Below, piece by piece: positions 1 through 10,301 of a stretch of DNA of 64,000 bases. Made by a program: the position numbers and the translations under genes. Source of the stretch: Escherichia coli (GTDB lineage Bacteria; Pseudomonadota; Gammaproteobacteria; Enterobacterales; Enterobacteriaceae). The stretch lies in the NCBI RefSeq assembly GCF_024502345.1, contig NZ_JALDNN010000001.1, one strand, 5' to 3'. The notes under the pieces are model-generated. The model was not told the origin of the DNA and searched no databases. It worked only from the letters and a program-made list of their open reading frames with translations. Position 1 is the stretch's first letter. Each line of letters begins with the position of its first letter.

Positions 1-161
1 ATTGCTATCGATGTTTTACCATATGTATTGAACGATATTCCTAAATTTGAAATAGATAATGAAATGGAAGCTCGCATTTGTGCCAGGATAGTGATGGAAC
101 GTTTTAAGCAAGATGCAAGTAGGCATATTAATAAGTATATATCACGTTATGAAAATGTTAG

Positions 162-1356
<1,195 letters not shown>

Positions 1357-1775
1357 TTAGTGCAGGGGTGGTGATAATGGCGATGATACCTGTTTGGTTG
1401 CGTGATGTTATATTACTTCATGTTAATGAAATAGCTCATGTAATTCCTCCATCAACTAACACAGAAGATGTAGGTGAAGTCATATTTTTAGCCGAGAAGT
1501 TAAGCTATCCGCTACTTCCTGATTTTTAGTGTGAGTTAAAAGTTGATAGATCAAAAGTGTGTTTTTTTAGATTATATACTTGGATCCAAGCAGTGCTAAG
1601 GTTATTTCCTTAGCTCACTCATAACTAAATAGATATTTAGCTAGGGGGGACGATCAAACGTTAGCTCCTAGCTCATAACGGACGAACTGAGATATTTGTG
1701 CCCTGTAGAAGAGCACATCGACAGATAAAATTTCGACTGATACGGGGTTCGCTAACTGATGCCAGACAGGGCCAC

Positions 1776-2105
1776 TCAGTTCTTTTTCCCGGCCAGCATA
1801 TCAATCATCATGGGATAAATCTTTTCGCACTTCATGCCCGGATTCTGTACTGCGAAACTCCACCCCTCGTCCATCGCCGCAGCAACCTCTGTTGTTGAGG
1901 CTATGGGCCAATCGCTCACGGTGTCGTAGACTTTACTGATAGCCTTGTTCTTATCCATGCCGGTGTGTTGCTGCTGGCACATTCTGACCATTACTTCTGC
2001 GGCCTGAGCAGGCTGGCTTGCCGGGTAAGCAGCCAGCGCCGGGGCGGATGTCGTTGTGATGAGCAGTGCGGTAATAATATGCTTCTTTATTGTGTTACCC
2101 TTCAT
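1776..2105 (-). CDS. small secreted protein of unknown function (N-terminal signal peptide)
   Basis: 109-aa ORF with hydrophobic N-terminus ending ...PALAA; start overlaps stop of upstream ORF (2102-2105), suggesting an operon. Confidence 0.55.
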   Translation of the reverse strand: MKGNTIKKHIITALLITTTSAPALAAYPASQPAQAAEVMVRMCQQQHTGMDKNKAISKVYDTVSDWPIASTTEVAAAMDEGWSFAVQNPGMKCEKIYPMMIDMLAGKKN

Positions 2106-2620
2106 TGAACCTGAATGCCCTGAACCGGGCTATTGTCCCATGTCATCGGTCGGTCTTCCGGAATTGCCGGGGCACTGTTAGTGGCCGGTTTATCAACAAC
2201 AGGTTTCGCGCTGGCGGGAAGGTCATCTGGTGAAATAACTCGGGTTATCACACCCATCTTCTCACCAACAGCGGAGTTCATCTGATCGCAGAGGGTTTTT
2301 ATCTGGAGCCGGATACCGCTCTGGTTTATTCCTTCGCTTTTGAATTGCTGCTCAAGAATAAAGCGGTCCTGAAGGGAATGGTAATAGTTAATATTGTCCT
2401 TCGTTAATATCATGATGTTGCCGGTATTATCCTGATAGCGATTGCTGCGGATAAGTTTATCCAGTGCGGTTAAAGCCTCATCGCCAGTGTAACCATACTG
2501 GTGGCAGGTATTCAGGGTGGCATAAGCCTCATACAGCCCCTGCAAATTTTCTGCGGGGAGTGTTTTTGCCCCGGCACAACCTGAAAATGCCAGAAGCAAC
2601 ATAGCAGCGGTTTTCCTCAT
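2102..2620 (-). CDS. putative lipoprotein of unknown function
   Basis: 172-aa ORF; N-terminus MRKTAAMLLLAFSGC resembles a signal peptide with lipobox cysteine. Confidence 0.55.
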   Translation of the reverse strand: MRKTAAMLLLAFSGCAGAKTLPAENLQGLYEAYATLNTCHQYGYTGDEALTALDKLIRSNRYQDNTGNIMILTKDNINYYHSLQDRFILEQQFKSEGINQSGIRLQIKTLCDQMNSAVGEKMGVITRVISPDDLPASAKPVVDKPATNSAPAIPEDRPMTWDNSPVQGIQVQ

Positions 2621-2672
2621 TTTAGGTAGTCTCCTTTCATTGACGTTTCATCATCCGTCATGCGCGTTACAG

Positions 2673-3200
2673 TTAACGGATGCGGATATTTCTGGTGATT
2701 TTTCCATGTGTCAACGGGCTGCGTTTTTCCACAAAGAAATACGCGACATTGAACGCGGATTTGCGATGGTTGCCCCGGCCCAGAGAAGGCCAGCTCCTGA
2801 AGGACTCAATTTGTTCTTCGGTATAGGGTGTGTCAGAAAAATCGAACAGTACAAGCAGGGCTTTGCCGTCATACTTCATCAGTTTCTTCACCTCCGTGCT
2901 GTTGACGGAGGCTGACAGCGCAGAACGGGCAGCTCCCGGCTTACGGACGGCGAACTCTACAGCCACATCGTCAATGACGAAATCAATGTAGCCATGTCCG
3001 GACAAACTGCCCGGTAGTTTTCCCCTAACCTCAGGTGAGAGGCTGTCAGCAAACCAGCCCAGTAGGTAGCAACGCACCAGCGGTAATAGCTCCCGCTCAT
3101 TGCATTCGTTAAGGCGCAGGGTTTTGACAAATGCTTTCCGGTAAAGGGAACTAAAAAGGTACTCAAAGCATTCCGTTACTTCAGTAATAGTGGTCGCCAC
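2673..3200 (-). CDS. hypothetical protein, 175 aa
   Basis: ORF follows the Ner-like gene after a 12-bp gap on the same strand; no recognised family. Confidence 0.5.
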   Translation of the reverse strand: MATTITEVTECFEYLFSSLYRKAFVKTLRLNECNERELLPLVRCYLLGWFADSLSPEVRGKLPGSLSGHGYIDFVIDDVAVEFAVRKPGAARSALSASVNSTEVKKLMKYDGKALLVLFDFSDTPYTEEQIESFRSWPSLGRGNHRKSAFNVAYFFVEKRSPLTHGKITRNIRIR

Positions 3201-3212
3201 TCTATGCTCCCT

Positions 3213-3491
3213 TCAGCTTTCCTTTTTGACAGACCTGCCTGCGTAGCGCTCAGGCCAGATAGTTTCGGGCGTGGTATCCAGTGCCTCAGCAATAATCTTT
3301 TCTGCCCGTGGATAGTGGCGCTCAAAAGCGTTACTCAGTGTCCTTGAGGCCAGCCCGTGATGCCGGGAGAGAGCAGACAGGGAAAGTCCCCGCTTGTGCA
3401 GGGCGGCGACAATATCAGCCCGGTGCCAGTTAACAGCACTTCCCTTACTTCGCTTTTTTTGCGAATCTGTTGAGTTACTCAATGTATTCAC
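3213..3491 (-). CDS. Ner/Nlp-family (phage Mu Ner-like) HTH DNA-binding regulator
   Basis: 92-aa protein; segment WHRADIVAALHKRGLSLSALSRHHGLASRTLSNAFERHYPRAEKIIAEAL...ETIWP resembles Ner/SfsB family. Confidence 0.7.
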   Translation of the reverse strand: MNTLSNSTDSQKKRSKGSAVNWHRADIVAALHKRGLSLSALSRHHGLASRTLSNAFERHYPRAEKIIAEALDTTPETIWPERYAGRSVKKES

Positions 3492-3603
3492 TCCGGGTTG
3501 TTAGTACTGGAGATATTAAAAGCGAACAAAGGGAAGTTATCAAGTTCCTTTTGTGGTTATTTGCGCTCATTTAACTAACGCTTTGATAAGAGGTGAAATT
3601 TTT

Positions 3604-3984
3604 ATGGGCAGTGAACAGATGACTGACCCCTGCGTTACCGGAATGACGGAGAGTGGGGGGTGGCTTACAGCAGAGCAGTTTGCCGGAATGGAAGGGATGC
3701 CGGGCACAGCGAAAGGGGCGCGACTACGTCTGGAAAAGCTCACTGCTCTGCACCCGGAAATCCGCCGCAAACGCACCAGTGGGAAGGGGTTTCTGTACCA
3801 TATCAGCGCGGCAGGGATGGCACTGAAAAGTGAGCGGGATGCGACAGATACCTCAGCAGACGAGCAGCTCAACCTCTGGATACAGCTGTTTCGCACAATG
3901 AAACCGGCCTCCAGGGATAAACTTTTGCAGCAGGCTCTGGCTCAGGTTGCGAGGGACCTGACTAAAGGAGACGTTAACCAGTAA
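3604..3984 (+). CDS. hypothetical protein, divergent from the Ner-like gene
   Basis: Track ORF 3553..3984; start moved to ATG 3604, which is preceded by AGAGGTG RBS. No recognised family. Confidence 0.45.
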   Translation: MGSEQMTDPCVTGMTESGGWLTAEQFAGMEGMPGTAKGARLRLEKLTALHPEIRRKRTSGKGFLYHISAAGMALKSERDATDTSADEQLNLWIQLFRTMKPASRDKLLQQALAQVARDLTKGDVNQ

Positions 3985-4067
3985 CAAGTGATAGATACTC
4001 TGGTTGCGCTGGAAGTGATAATAGGAATCATTTGCTTTAACAGTTTGATTTTGCTATAATTAATACA

Positions 4068-4691
4068 GTGGCAGTCATTGCGTACTCAGCCACTGTATTA
4101 ACCCATCCTGGCTTGTTCACAGCCATCACTTTTCCTGGAATAGCAACAATGACACTTCCCCGAGACGTTCATGCGTCCCGTCAGGGCCAGCATGACTACT
4201 TATGTGGCATCTACAGCTTGATTAACACCCTCAGTTACCTTTATGACGGCAGAGTACGGCGAGAAAAATTAATGTACCGCCTGCTTAGCAGCTATAAGCG
4301 ACGATGGGATTTATTTGATCTCCTGACGCTCGGTCTGGACGAGGAACAAATGGACCACCTGATTGGTGATGTTCTCCTGAAAGGGCATTACGCCCGGCAT
4401 TATCCCCTGAATTTTCATACCCCCTTCCGTTACCGCTCCCTGCGCAGCCGACAGATACTCAGCGACATCAGCGACTGGCTGGCGTTGCCGGAGAACCAGG
4501 CGCAGCGCGTGGTGATTCTGGGCACATCCTGGCACTGGTCTGTGGTAGTCCGTACCGATGCTACCCGGCTGTTCCTGTTTGACAGCTTGGGAATACGCAG
4601 CCAGCGCAGGGATACGTTCTCCGTACAGCCGGAGCTGAAGCGCCACACGCTGCTGCCGGACGCCATCTATTTCGTCGAACGTGAGTTCTGA
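4068..4691 (+). CDS. hypothetical protein with candidate Cys/His dyad (possible papain-fold or C39-like peptidase); start uncertain
   Basis: 207-aa ORF; motifs DYLCGIYSL and SWHWSVVV resemble cysteine and histidine segments of C39-type peptidases. Weak, by-eye call. Confidence 0.4.
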   Translation: MAVIAYSATVLTHPGLFTAITFPGIATMTLPRDVHASRQGQHDYLCGIYSLINTLSYLYDGRVRREKLMYRLLSSYKRRWDLFDLLTLGLDEEQMDHLIGDVLLKGHYARHYPLNFHTPFRYRSLRSRQILSDISDWLALPENQAQRVVILGTSWHWSVVVRTDATRLFLFDSLGIRSQRRDTFSVQPELKRHTLLPDAIYFVEREF

Positions 4692-4713
4692 CCCCTGCAG
4701 AAGGAGACTGACC

Positions 4714-5202
4714 ATGACTTTTACCGCCTGCGACCAGAGCGGTTTTTACCGGACCACCGGGCCGGTGTCCCGCGAGGATATTATCCGCTTTGCCCATACG
4801 CTGCTCTCCCGCCGGTTTCGCAATCGCCGAAAAATTACGTCCTCTAATGATGTTCACCAGTGGCTGGTGCTGAAGCTGGCAGAGGACACCCGGGAGAGCT
4901 TCGGAATGATACTGCTCTCGCAGCAGCACCATCTTCTGGGCTACCACATCCTGTTCACCGGGACGCTGAACCAGACCATGGTTTACCCCCGCGAAATTGT
5001 CGCTCTGGCGCTGACGCATCATGCAGCCGCAGTGATACTGGTCCATAACCACCCAAGCGGTGAGCCTGAGCCGAGCCAGGCCGATAAACTCATTACCCAA
5101 AAAATTACCGATGCGCTTTCACTCCTTGATATCCGCGTCGTGGACCACCTTATTGTGGGTGGTGACGATGCTTACTCCTTTGCAGAACACGGCCTGCTCT
5201 GA
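4714..5202 (+). CDS. RadC-like JAB/MPN-domain protein (YeeS/YfjY/YkfG family)
   Basis: C-terminal HNHPSG...D JAMM-like motif and ...DHLIVGG...SFAEHGLL tail typical of CP4-prophage RadC-like proteins. Start at ATG 4714, preceded by AAGGAG. Confidence 0.75.
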   Translation: MTFTACDQSGFYRTTGPVSREDIIRFAHTLLSRRFRNRRKITSSNDVHQWLVLKLAEDTRESFGMILLSQQHHLLGYHILFTGTLNQTMVYPREIVALALTHHAAAVILVHNHPSGEPEPSQADKLITQKITDALSLLDIRVVDHLIVGGDDAYSFAEHGLL

Positions 5203-5289
5203 GTGACCTGGTTTAATACACATTAACCACGGTAATCCACGTTCGCCTTATCCCTTCATTTTTAAACTGTAAATACTGAGGTTTTAACC

Positions 5290-5721
5290 ATGAACATCAA
5301 TGCCGTTATTCAGCCGGCAGGCTTTGTGCTGCCTGTCAGTCTGCAGCTGTTCGACATGCTGATGGTAGAAGCAGGCGAAAAAACCGCTAGTAAACATCGC
5401 ATTACCGCCGTTACGCTCAATTTCCGGGACCCGAACTACAGCGCGGAGCGGGGCGGCTATCACCCGGTGGAAATTCGGCTGGTTCACCAGGGGGATGAAT
5501 GGTGCCTGGACTACGCCACCGATTTTGGCTATGTCGGCAACGCTTACCCCGAGCTTGAGAAAATCATCGATATCAGTTGGTCGCAGGGCTACGTCTGGCA
5601 CTGCCGTACAGGGGATTTGTCCCCGTCTGAGGCGCGGGCGCTCTACACCCTGTGGGAGCGCAACTTCCTGAGCTATCACGCCAGTGGGGTCTACATCACC
5701 CGAGTGCTGTGGGAAAGCTGA
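5290..5721 (+). CDS. hypothetical protein in antitoxin position upstream of the CbtA-like toxin
   Basis: 143-aa ORF with GAGG RBS; no similarity I can recognise to CbeA/YeeU antitoxins, so function is inferred from position only. Confidence 0.45.
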   Translation: MNINAVIQPAGFVLPVSLQLFDMLMVEAGEKTASKHRITAVTLNFRDPNYSAERGGYHPVEIRLVHQGDEWCLDYATDFGYVGNAYPELEKIIDISWSQGYVWHCRTGDLSPSEARALYTLWERNFLSYHASGVYITRVLWES

Positions 5722-5864
5722 ACTACTGACCTGAGCTGCCGGGCGCACCGGTAAACATCCGTTCTCCCTTCTGGCGGGCGGGTTTCCATAAGCGCGGCTC
5801 GGGTTGCCGTTCATGTTCGCGCCCTCTTTTCAATACCATTCACATTACCCACGAGAATACTGTC

Positions 5865-6482
5865 ATGAAAAAACAACCTGTCTCACTGGCTCGGGAGACA
5901 TCGTGCTGCCTGTCGCCTGCTGATGTCTGGCGTACCCTGCTGACTCACCTGCTGGCACAGCACTATGGGCTTGCCCTCAACGATACGCCGTTTGGTGAGG
6001 AAGGCACCATTCAGGCGCATATTGACGCTGGTGTTACCATGATGGAAGCCCTGAATACCGTCGTTGAGAAGTATGATCTGGTACGTACAGATCGGGACAG
6101 TGTGGGCCTTCACCCTGGCTCCTCATTGATTACTGCTATTGATGTTCTCCGGGCGCGAAAAGCCACCGGGCTCCTGAAGCGGGGAGCATATCAGTTCGTG
6201 AGCCACATCACGCAGGGGCGCAGGCCCGCCCCGGACAGTGCAGTAACCGCCGGGCCCTCCGCGCCGTTACCATTGCTACCATCGGACACATTCACCCGAC
6301 AGGACGCGGTGTCCATTATGGCGGTGTATGACTGTGTGGCTATTGAGGATGACCAGCATACCCATTTCCGTCTGGCAATACGCGATGCTGAAGGTCAGCT
6401 TATCTGGCGGGCCTGGAACTTTGAGTCCGGAGCCGGGCAGGGGCTTAACCACTATCTGCAACGTTATGGTGTGAAAAAATGA
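5865..6482 (+). CDS. CbtA/YeeV-family type IV toxin homolog with ~80-aa C-terminal extension
   Basis: N-terminal ~125 aa (…VWRTLLTHLLAQHYGLALNDTPFGEEG...LVRTD...ILRARKATGLL...) resembles CbtA/YkfI/YpjF toxins; ORF continues to 205 aa. Confidence 0.65.
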   Translation: MKKQPVSLARETSCCLSPADVWRTLLTHLLAQHYGLALNDTPFGEEGTIQAHIDAGVTMMEALNTVVEKYDLVRTDRDSVGLHPGSSLITAIDVLRARKATGLLKRGAYQFVSHITQGRRPAPDSAVTAGPSAPLPLLPSDTFTRQDAVSIMAVYDCVAIEDDQHTHFRLAIRDAEGQLIWRAWNFESGAGQGLNHYLQRYGVKK

Positions 6483-6576
6483 CCACACAGGGCTGAATGG
6501 CATCCCCAGATGAATTGACTGCTTCCCCGGTCTGCATGGCCGGGATACTCCATTTTTAAGTATTGAGGATGATGTT

Positions 6577-7524
6577 ATGACCTCGAACCGCAAGGGCAGG
6601 CGTGCGGAAACTGTGCGCCAACAAAACGTCCCCACCATCAACCCGGCACAGCTTTGGCTGGCAGGTCTGACGCGCGCCGGGCGCAAGGGGATGCAAAGCC
6701 AGCTTCGGCGCTGTGCCGGTATCCTGCTTCCGGGCTCGGATACCGACAGCTACCCCTGGCAGATGCTGAACTACACGGGGATGATGCAGATCCGTGCGCA
6801 CATGCTGGATGCTGGCTATGCTGTCGCGACTGTCAACATGGCACTGTCGGCGCTGAAATCGGTTGCCTTTAGCGCGTTCAGTATGGGTCTGATGGATGCT
6901 GACACGCTTGCGCGCATACGCAACGTCAGGCGGGTCAGTGGTGACGGTTGTAGGCTGGGGCGTGCGCTGGCCCGCCATGAAATCCGGTCAATGCTGGCGG
7001 CGGCAGCGACGTTCTCCACTGTGCGCTGTCAGCGCGAACGGGCCATTTTGTTGCTTCTGTGTGGTGCCGGGCTGCGAGCGGGTGAGCTGGTTGCCCTGAA
7101 TGCGGAGGATATTGACGTTGCCGCAGGGATTGTCTGGGTCAGGGAGGGAAAAGGGCGCAAAAGTCGTGAAATTCACCTTGCCGCGAAGGTATGCACGCAG
7201 CTGCGCCGTTGGCTGAAGTGCCGTGGAGACCATGAAGGGCCGTTGTTCAGTCGTATCAGCCGGGCAGACCGGCCAGGGCCACACAGGCTTACCACGACTG
7301 GATTGACGGGGCTGTTGGCACAGCTACGCGAAGCCGCTGGCGTGGACTATTTCACCCCGCACGACCTCAGACGAACGTTCATCACACAGTTGCTGGAGCA
7401 GGGAACCGACCTCAACGTGGTACGCCAGCTTGCGGGGCATGCCGATATCGCCACAACCACCCGATATGACTACAGGGGCCGGGGTACGCAGGACAGAGCC
7501 TCCAGGGCTTTCTGTTGCTGGTAA
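6577..7524 (+). CDS. tyrosine-type site-specific recombinase (phage integrase family)
   Basis: 315-aa ORF with GAGGA RBS; C-terminal catalytic-domain signature HDLRRTF...LAGH...TTTRYDY (R-H-R-Y residues). Confidence 0.8.
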   Translation: MTSNRKGRRAETVRQQNVPTINPAQLWLAGLTRAGRKGMQSQLRRCAGILLPGSDTDSYPWQMLNYTGMMQIRAHMLDAGYAVATVNMALSALKSVAFSAFSMGLMDADTLARIRNVRRVSGDGCRLGRALARHEIRSMLAAAATFSTVRCQRERAILLLLCGAGLRAGELVALNAEDIDVAAGIVWVREGKGRKSREIHLAAKVCTQLRRWLKCRGDHEGPLFSRISRADRPGPHRLTTTGLTGLLAQLREAAGVDYFTPHDLRRTFITQLLEQGTDLNVVRQLAGHADIATTTRYDYRGRGTQDRASRAFCCW

Positions 7525-7823
7525 ATCTTCATGGGGTGGGGGATGGCCTTCGTCACCTGCTGATTAAATTCACCAGAGGGTCCCGGAGATATTTTTGATG
7601 CCCCAAAGGCACGTCCAGGGCGGGCTCAGTGCTATGGGGAGGCCGGGAAAGTACGACCAACTCACCACCCCTGCTGAATGACACTATCGTACTTCGCGGC
7701 GCGGAGAGTATAACTTGGTAGCTGAGTATTTCTCAGAGCGATTAAAGTAGTTGTCTGTATGCATGTAGCGTCGGGAAACCATGAAACTAAACTCTGAATT
7801 CATTTAGCTGAATTTGCAGGCAA

Positions 7824-8339
7824 CTACGCCGAAGGACTGTCTGCCCGCTCTGTGCCATCCAGCTTTTCCATTGTTTGGATTACCCAGCGAAAATCATTTA
7901 TTTTTTCAGTCGTTTCCTTGCTCCATGTTTTGCCCGTTACTGCTGTTTTTTTCTTCTCTATATCCACTGGCGATGGATATTTTTTACAAAATTTGAGCAT
8001 GATATCCTTCAGTTCACACTTTTCCTTCAACTCATGAAATTTCAGATAGAGTTCTTTCAGCAGTTTCGCTTCTTTCGATACAGGTTCATATAAGTAGTCG
8101 ATGTAGACCATGTTGATCATGTTATCCAGCGCCTGGCGATATACTTTTCCTCTTCCTTTCTTCAGCATTGAATAATCGTCGTCGTCAAGCCAGTTAGCGA
8201 TCTCCAGTAAACGCTCCTGGCTGTCTTCATGCAGGTTGATTTCAAACCGCTTTCCATATTTCTCCTCCAGCCCTTTGCGGCTTTTCTGCTTAGGCGTCCT
8301 GGGCTCCGCCTTAGCCATATTTTCTTCGTTTTTTCCCAT
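7824..8339 (-). CDS. hypothetical lysine/glutamate-rich protein in an AT-rich segment
   Basis: 171-aa ORF is the only long frame in the AT-rich 7.6-8.4 kb block; divergent from alpA; no recognised family. Confidence 0.45.
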   Translation of the reverse strand: MGKNEENMAKAEPRTPKQKSRKGLEEKYGKRFEINLHEDSQERLLEIANWLDDDDYSMLKKGRGKVYRQALDNMINMVYIDYLYEPVSKEAKLLKELYLKFHELKEKCELKDIMLKFCKKYPSPVDIEKKKTAVTGKTWSKETTEKINDFRWVIQTMEKLDGTERADSPSA

Positions 8340-8383
8340 AACTCATACCTCATTTCGGATTGCCACTATCAGAGATCTTTTTG

Positions 8384-8431
8384 GACCGTCATAAATCAAT
8401 GACGGTCATTCTACTCCAAAGAATGACCGTC
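8384..8431. promoter_or_regulatory. operator-like cluster of GACCGTCAT inverted/direct repeats between divergent genes
   Basis: GACCGTCAT (8384-8392) and its reverse complement ATGACGGTC (8399-8407) with 6-bp spacer; second inverted pair GACGGTCATTC (8401-8411) / GAATGACCGTC (8421-8431). Confidence 0.5.
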
Positions 8432-8545
8432 CAAAAGTGGGCCGCGAACACTTTGACCGGCGATCGCCATGAATAATCGGCCGAAATCAACTTTGTAAAG
8501 GGAGGGCTGGCCGCCCACTGGGGGTGGATAGATGGAGTTAAAAAT

Positions 8546-8752
8546 ATGAATAACTGCAGGCTGCTCGATATCAAGACTGTGCTCGGGATGTACCCAGTAT
8601 CACGCGCAACGTTATATCGCCAGATCAAGGCGGGGCTCTTTCCGGAGCCTGTACGCATCGGTGCCCGTCGGGTGGCATGGCGTATGGAGGATATCCACGC
8701 GCATATCAGTGGGCTGCCCAATGTTGAGCTGGCTGAAGCAGCTCGTCTGTAA
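8546..8752 (+). CDS. alpA: AlpA-family phage regulatory protein (excisionase-like HTH)
   Basis: 68-aa protein; LLDIKTVLGMYPVSRATLYRQIKAGLFPEPVRIGARRVAWRMEDI matches AlpA/Xis-like HTH pattern. Confidence 0.8.
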   Translation: MNNCRLLDIKTVLGMYPVSRATLYRQIKAGLFPEPVRIGARRVAWRMEDIHAHISGLPNVELAEAARL

Positions 8753-8853
8753 GCCTCATATAGCCCCTCGTACAGGGGTTCATTCACCATAGTCAGTAGC
8801 ACCTCTACGGATAGCTACTGACATGAATTGCCGTGAGGCTAAGGGAACTGGCG

Positions 8854-9948
8854 ATGATTACAGTTAATCGTGAGCGTGTGGACAATCTCTCCGGGTCTGT
8901 ATACCTGGGGCGAAATACTGACGGCAATAGGTGCTATGGGCGAATTGATAAACTCGCCTGGGTAATGGATTTGTCTGATGATAGCGAGAATGCAGTGCTG
9001 AGTGGGCGTCTGGCTGGGCTGAGAGCGGGAGGGAACTATATCGTGCGGTGCCGCCCTGCCGGTAAAGGGGAGTGTTCTGGCCTCTATCGATCCGTGGTGG
9101 AGATCCGTCTCAAGAGTAAATCCAGTCATCATCCGCTGATGCTGGTCATTTACTTTGCGCCGACGAATACGGTGCGGGGCTCAGTGCGTATGGAAATGAG
9201 TCCTCAGCACTATTCAGCAGAGCAGATCACAGGACTGTTCATCTGGCTTGGGCGTAAGGGACGTCTGGGGAAGTACCTGTACAGGGGCTTGCGCCAGGCA
9301 TGGGTGACGTCCATTCACTACGCACTGGATGTAAAGGGAATGAAACTTCATGACTACCTGATTGGTCTGGCAAAGGTTCATGATGGTGAGTTTTACGATT
9401 TGCATGGTGAACAGGAAGGGTTGCGTCTGGGCTCTGCCACGCTGGTAGCCTCTGTCTACGCCAAGGTCCATTCTCCGTCGTTGAGCGTGGAGGAGCGCTA
9501 TGCATCTCCAAAGATTACGCTGGAGGAGGCGCAATTCGAGCGTTTTTTACGTCTGGAACTCCGCCTGCAGCCGGGGCGCCAGCAATTGAAGCTAAGTCAG
9601 ATGACGAGTATGACCTGTCTGGTCAGCAGGCTGATGTTCTGGCGTCGGGAGGTACTCCAGGATCGTCGGCTGGATCCGGATTTTGCGCAGCGGCTGGCGT
9701 TGATGTCAGTACCACGTGCACGGGCCACGTTTGAGCCCGCGAGGAGTCTGAATGGCCACAGAGTCAGTGCAACCCCAAAGGCTGCCAGGAAACGCGTGGA
9801 CAAGGTCATGGCTAATTACCGGGCGGCATTGTTTGATTCTGCGGCTATCTGGGACCAGTTACCGGTCATTCTCGCAAAACTCGGGCTTCTCGCGCAGCCT
9901 CAGTACTGGATTTACCGTAATCGCGTGAAGTGGCGAGGGAGCCGCTGA
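8854..9948 (+). CDS. hypothetical island protein, 364 aa
   Basis: Track ORF begins at GTG 8833; ATG 8854 with upstream AAGGGA RBS preferred. No Walker or nuclease motif recognised. Confidence 0.5.
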   Translation: MITVNRERVDNLSGSVYLGRNTDGNRCYGRIDKLAWVMDLSDDSENAVLSGRLAGLRAGGNYIVRCRPAGKGECSGLYRSVVEIRLKSKSSHHPLMLVIYFAPTNTVRGSVRMEMSPQHYSAEQITGLFIWLGRKGRLGKYLYRGLRQAWVTSIHYALDVKGMKLHDYLIGLAKVHDGEFYDLHGEQEGLRLGSATLVASVYAKVHSPSLSVEERYASPKITLEEAQFERFLRLELRLQPGRQQLKLSQMTSMTCLVSRLMFWRREVLQDRRLDPDFAQRLALMSVPRARATFEPARSLNGHRVSATPKAARKRVDKVMANYRAALFDSAAIWDQLPVILAKLGLLAQPQYWIYRNRVKWRGSR

Positions 9949-10301
9949 AGATAAGCCAGAAGCATATTAGAGGGGGTGTGATGCCACCCTCGTCTGTGGC
10001 GACCAAAAAAATGGCTCCCCCTGATATGTTCTGTGAGGCACGCCTCATCACAGCTGAACAGGGGGTGTGGCTATAGTATGGTGTATACAGTACATACCAG
10101 TACCAGTCTGTTCCCCCTCTGGAACCCTCAATGAGATTGCGACAAGTCACAAGGCATTGTTTTGAGGAAAATTCAGATCCTGAGATAGCCCCCCAAAAAA
10201 TGCAGCCAGCCTGAGTCACATCACTCTGCGCAACCGTAATTCACTGTGCAAATGTACAGCCTGTAAACAGGCAGCATGTTCATAAAACGGAGCACAGTGA
10301 A

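Noticed and set aside
1600-1690. Imperfect direct repeats TTAGCTC...CTCATAAC downstream of the IS5-disrupted gene
   Set aside because: Only two degenerate copies in AT-rich DNA; could arise by chance.
5284-5814. 176-aa minus-strand ORF
   Set aside because: Antisense to the 5290..5721 gene in the toxin module; the plus-strand gene has the better RBS and fits the operon context.
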